NCBI GenBank assembly: GCA_017452665.1
Contig: JAFTLZ010000143.1
Span: 1 to 46,436, forward strand
Source: Clostridia bacterium
Lineage (GTDB): Bacteria > Bacillota > Clostridia > Oscillospirales > CAG-272
Direction of reading: 5' to 3'
Length of the DNA: 46,436 bases
Of this stretch, positions 43,641 through 46,436 are shown piece after piece (positions within the stretch are counted from its first letter, which is position 1; each line of letters begins with the position of its first letter). The notes beneath the pieces were generated by a model. The model had not been told where the DNA came from. It was given only the letters and a program-made list of their open reading frames with translations, and made no database searches. A program made the translations under genes and the position numbers.

Positions 43641-46256
43641 TTATTCGGTCAGATCGGTCGGTTCCTTGCCGTCGGTTTCGGCAGGTTCGGGCTGTTCGGT
43701 TGCTTCCGACTCTGCCACGGATTCGGATTCAACAGATTCCTCGATCAATTCCGCATCGGTATCCGCAGGTTCGGCTTCTTCATCTTCGTTTTCTTCCTTG
43801 TGATCGACCATCGTGAAGTTGACCAGCGACTGTCCCTCGCCAAGTCTCATGACGATGACACCGCCCGCACTGCGCGAGCGTGTGGGAATTCCTGCGACAG
43901 GGGTACGGATGATGGTTCCGGAATCGGTGATCATCATGATATCCATGCTGTCATCCACGGCGGCAATACCGGTCAGGTCGCCGCTCTTTTCGGTCAGGTT
44001 GTAGCAGGTGACTCCGTAGCCGCCACGATGCTTCATCAAGCGGAAATCATCAAACGGGCTGCGTTTTCCAAAGCCATTTGCCGTAATGCAGAGCAGATCC
44101 TTGCCCTCCTCTACAACGCAAACACCCTTGACAAAGTCACCCTCGCGCAAGCTGATGCCGCGCACGCCGCGTGCGGTACGGCTTAAGGTTCTTGCATCCT
44201 TTTCGGAGAAGCGGATTGCCTGTCCCTTTTCGGTTGCGATCAAAAGCTCGCAGCTTCCGTCGGTGCGGACAACGTACAAAAGCTCGTCGCCCTCGTCCAG
44301 TGTCAAAGCGATCTTACCGCCCTTGCGTTGATATTCGTACTCGGAGAGCAGAGTGCGCTTGATAACGCCGTTGCGCGTGACCATGGTGAGATATTCGTGA
44401 TCGGTAAACTCATCCACGCTGATGCAGGAGGTAATCTTTTCGCCCTCGCTAAGCTCCAGGATGTTGACTAGATTTTGCCCTCTTGCGGTTCTGCCCGCCT
44501 CGGGGATCAGGTACGCCTTGCGCATTTGTACCTTTCCGGTATTGGTAAACATCATCAGATAAGAATGGCTGTTGACGGCGATGACCTTTTCGATATAGTC
44601 CTCCTCCTTGGTGGACATACCGATGATGCCGCGTCCGCCGCGGTTTTGTGCGGAATAGGAATCGGCAGGCTGGCGTTTGATATAGCCTGCGTGCGTCAGC
44701 GTGATGACACAGCTGTGGCGTTCGATCAGATCCTCAAGGATGATCTCATGCTCGGCGGGAACGATATCGGTGCGGCGCTCGTCGGCGTATTTTGCACGGA
44801 TTTCTCCCATTTCGTCCTTAATGATCTGCTTGATCTTGCCCATGTCCGCAAGAATGGCTTCCAGCTCAGCAATCAGCTTGTGGAGACGCTCCAGCTCTTC
44901 CTCGATCTTGTTGCGCTCAAGACCTGTCAGCTTACCAAGCGTCATTTCAACGATCGCCTGCGCCTGGATTTCGGAAAGTCCGAATCTTTCCATCAAGGTC
45001 AGCTTGGATTCGGGAATGGAGGGAGAGGTCTTCATGATCTGCACGATCTCGTCGATGTTATCCAGTGCGATCTTATAGCCCTCGTAGATATGGGCGCGTG
45101 CTCTTGCTTTTTCCAGATCATACTCGGTACGGCGGATGATGACCTGCTCCTGGTGTGCGATATAATGATCTAAAATTGCGGGCAGGTTAAGCACCTTTGG
45201 CTCGTTGTTGACCAGCGCCAGCATATTGATTGCAAAGGTATCCTGCAGCTGGGTATATTTATACAGCTGATTGAGCAGAATTTGCGGGTTGGCGTCACGG
45301 CGGTATTCCACCACAATGCGCATACCGTCGCGTCCGGATTCGTCGCGTAACTCGGTAATGCCTTCAATCTTCTTTTCCTTCACGCACGATGCGATGGATT
45401 CGCAAAGCATACTCTTATTGACGCCGTAAGGAATCTCGGTAAAGACAATGCGGCGGTGATCCTCTTCGATGGTGGAGTGGGAGCGAACCATGATATGTCC
45501 CTTACCCGTCAGATACGCCTCTTTGATGCCGTTGACGCCGTAAATGGTTGCATAGGTCGGAAAATCGGGGCCCTTGATGTACTGCATCAAGTCATCGACC
45601 GTACAATCAGGATTGTCCATGCGGTAGATGGTAGCGTCAATGACCTCGCCCAGGTTGTGCGGCGGGATATTGGTTGCCATACCGACAGCGATACCCATAG
45701 AGCCGTTGACCAAAAGGTTAGGAAAACGGGAGGGCAGAACCGTAGGCTCCTGCAAGCGGTTATCAAAGTTTGGCATCATGGGCACGACGTTTTTATCCAA
45801 GTCGCGCATCATTTCGTCGGCGATGCGATCCAATCTTGCCTCGGTATAACGGTATGCCGCAGGGGGGTCACCGTCAACCGAACCGAAGTTTCCGTGTCCT
45901 TCTACCAAAGTGTAGCGCATGGAAAAATCCTGCGCCATACGCACCATGGTGCCGTAAACCGCTGCGTCACCGTGCGGATGATAGCGGCCCAGCACGTTAC
46001 CGACCGTGGTTGCCGACTTGCGGAAGGGTTTGGAATGAACCAAGCCATCCTCATACATTGCGTACAAAATACGCCGTGCGCCGGGCTTCATACCGTCGCG
46101 TACGTCGGGAAGTGCGCGCGCCATGATGACCGACATGGAGTACTCGATGAAGGATTTTTTGACCTCCCTCTCCATTCCGACATCCACAATTTTTTGATTT
46201 TCGAACAGAGATAGCTCCTGTTCTTTGTCAATTTTTTTGTCTTTTTCGTTTGCCAC
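43641..46256 (-). CDS. gyrA: DNA gyrase subunit A.
   Basis: [19 protein letters not shown], active-site [10 protein letters not shown]-terminal beta-pinwheel repeats, and an acidic tail. GTG start follows GGAAAGGGA. Confidence 0.97.
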   Translation of the reverse strand: MANEKDKKIDKEQELSLFENQKIVDVGMEREVKKSFIEYSMSVIMARALPDVRDGMKPGARRILYAMYEDGLVHSKPFRKSATTVGNVLGRYHPHGDAAVYGTMVRMAQDFSMRYTLVEGHGNFGSVDGDPPAAYRYTEARLDRIADEMMRDLDKNVVPMMPNFDNRLQEPTVLPSRFPNLLVNGSMGIAVGMATNIPPHNLGEVIDATIYRMDNPDCTVDDLMQYIKGPDFPTYATIYGVNGIKEAYLTGKGHIMVRSHSTIEEDHRRIVFTEIPYGVNKSMLCESIASCVKEKKIEGITELRDESGRDGMRIVVEYRRDANPQILLNQLYKYTQLQDTFAINMLALVNNEPKVLNLPAILDHYIAHQEQVIIRRTEYDLEKARARAHIYEGYKIALDNIDEIVQIMKTSPSIPESKLTLMERFGLSEIQAQAIVEMTLGKLTGLERNKIEEELERLHKLIAELEAILADMGKIKQIIKDEMGEIRAKYADERRTDIVPAEHEIILEDLIERHSCVITLTHAGYIKRQPADSYSAQNRGGRGIIGMSTKEEDYIEKVIAVNSHSYLMMFTNTGKVQMRKAYLIPEAGRTARGQNLVNILELSEGEKITSCISVDEFTDHEYLTMVTRNGVIKRTLLSEYEYQRKGGKIALTLDEGDELLYVVRTDGSCELLIATEKGQAIRFSEKDARTLSRTARGVRGISLREGDFVKGVCVVEEGKDLLCITANGFGKRSPFDDFRLMKHRGGYGVTCYNLTEKSGDLTGIAAVDDSMDIMMITDSGTIIRTPVAGIPTRSRSAGGVIVMRLGEGQSLVNFTMVDHKEENEDEEAEPADTDAELIEESVESESVAESEATEQPEPAETDGKEPTDLTE

Positions 46257-46336
46257 GATTCTTATCCCTTTCCTGTCTGTTTCTGTATGGAATCTCCGTC
46301 CCTCCGGACGGATTCACGTGTTTTATTTAGATATCA

Positions 46337-46436
46337 TTATCCTTTTCGTTCAAGATACGCGCAGATCGGCTTGATGGGCGCGTACAAAATCAGTCCTGCG
46401 ATTGCGGTTCCTCCAAGCTCCGGAAGAACGGAGTAA
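46337..46436 (-). CDS. 3' end of a gene running off the window. The hydrophobic C-terminus suggests a membrane protein; it does not look like gyrB.
   Basis: Minus-strand frame reads YSVLPELGGTAIAGLILYAPIKPICAYLERKG-stop. Only 32 codons are visible. Confidence 0.35.
   Translation of the reverse strand, partial: YSVLPELGGTAIAGLILYAPIKPICAYLERKG

Overview
46.4-kb chromosomal segment from a moderately high-GC, spore-forming Firmicute that looks Clostridia-like; the taxon cannot be fixed from this window. There are about 33 credible protein genes. I saw no rRNA, tRNA or CRISPR array. Housekeeping content: hprK, a flotillin-like SPFH protein, a marR plus heterodimeric ABC-exporter operon, spoIVB, an acyl-ACP thioesterase, and a gyrA-lipoprotein-hisS-thiamine diphosphokinase string. 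Accessory content: an AraC/DMT/GH42-like/FAD-oxidoreductase sugar locus and several surface proteins. These are a collagen-like lipoprotein with five Listeria-Bacteroides-type repeats, a 2,229-aa secreted giant with a C-terminal TM hairpin and acidic tail, and two BspA-type LRR proteins, one interrupted at an A8 tract. Three things stand out. (i) A visibly AT-rich ~2.6-kb three-gene cassette lies between the intact 3' end of spoIVB and a diverged, truncated second copy of the same ~40 codons. It encodes a MerR-family regulator with a long C-terminal extension plus two 2-TM proteins, one with a zinc ribbon. This is my best candidate for an undescribed system. (ii) Six DnaA-box-like 9-mers sit within ~150 bp at 40.7-40.9 kb. 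(iii) A modular family of palindrome-containing intergenic repeats occurs at five loci and brackets two gene cassettes in inverted orientation. All functional calls rest on motif recognition by eye; no database search or computation was possible.
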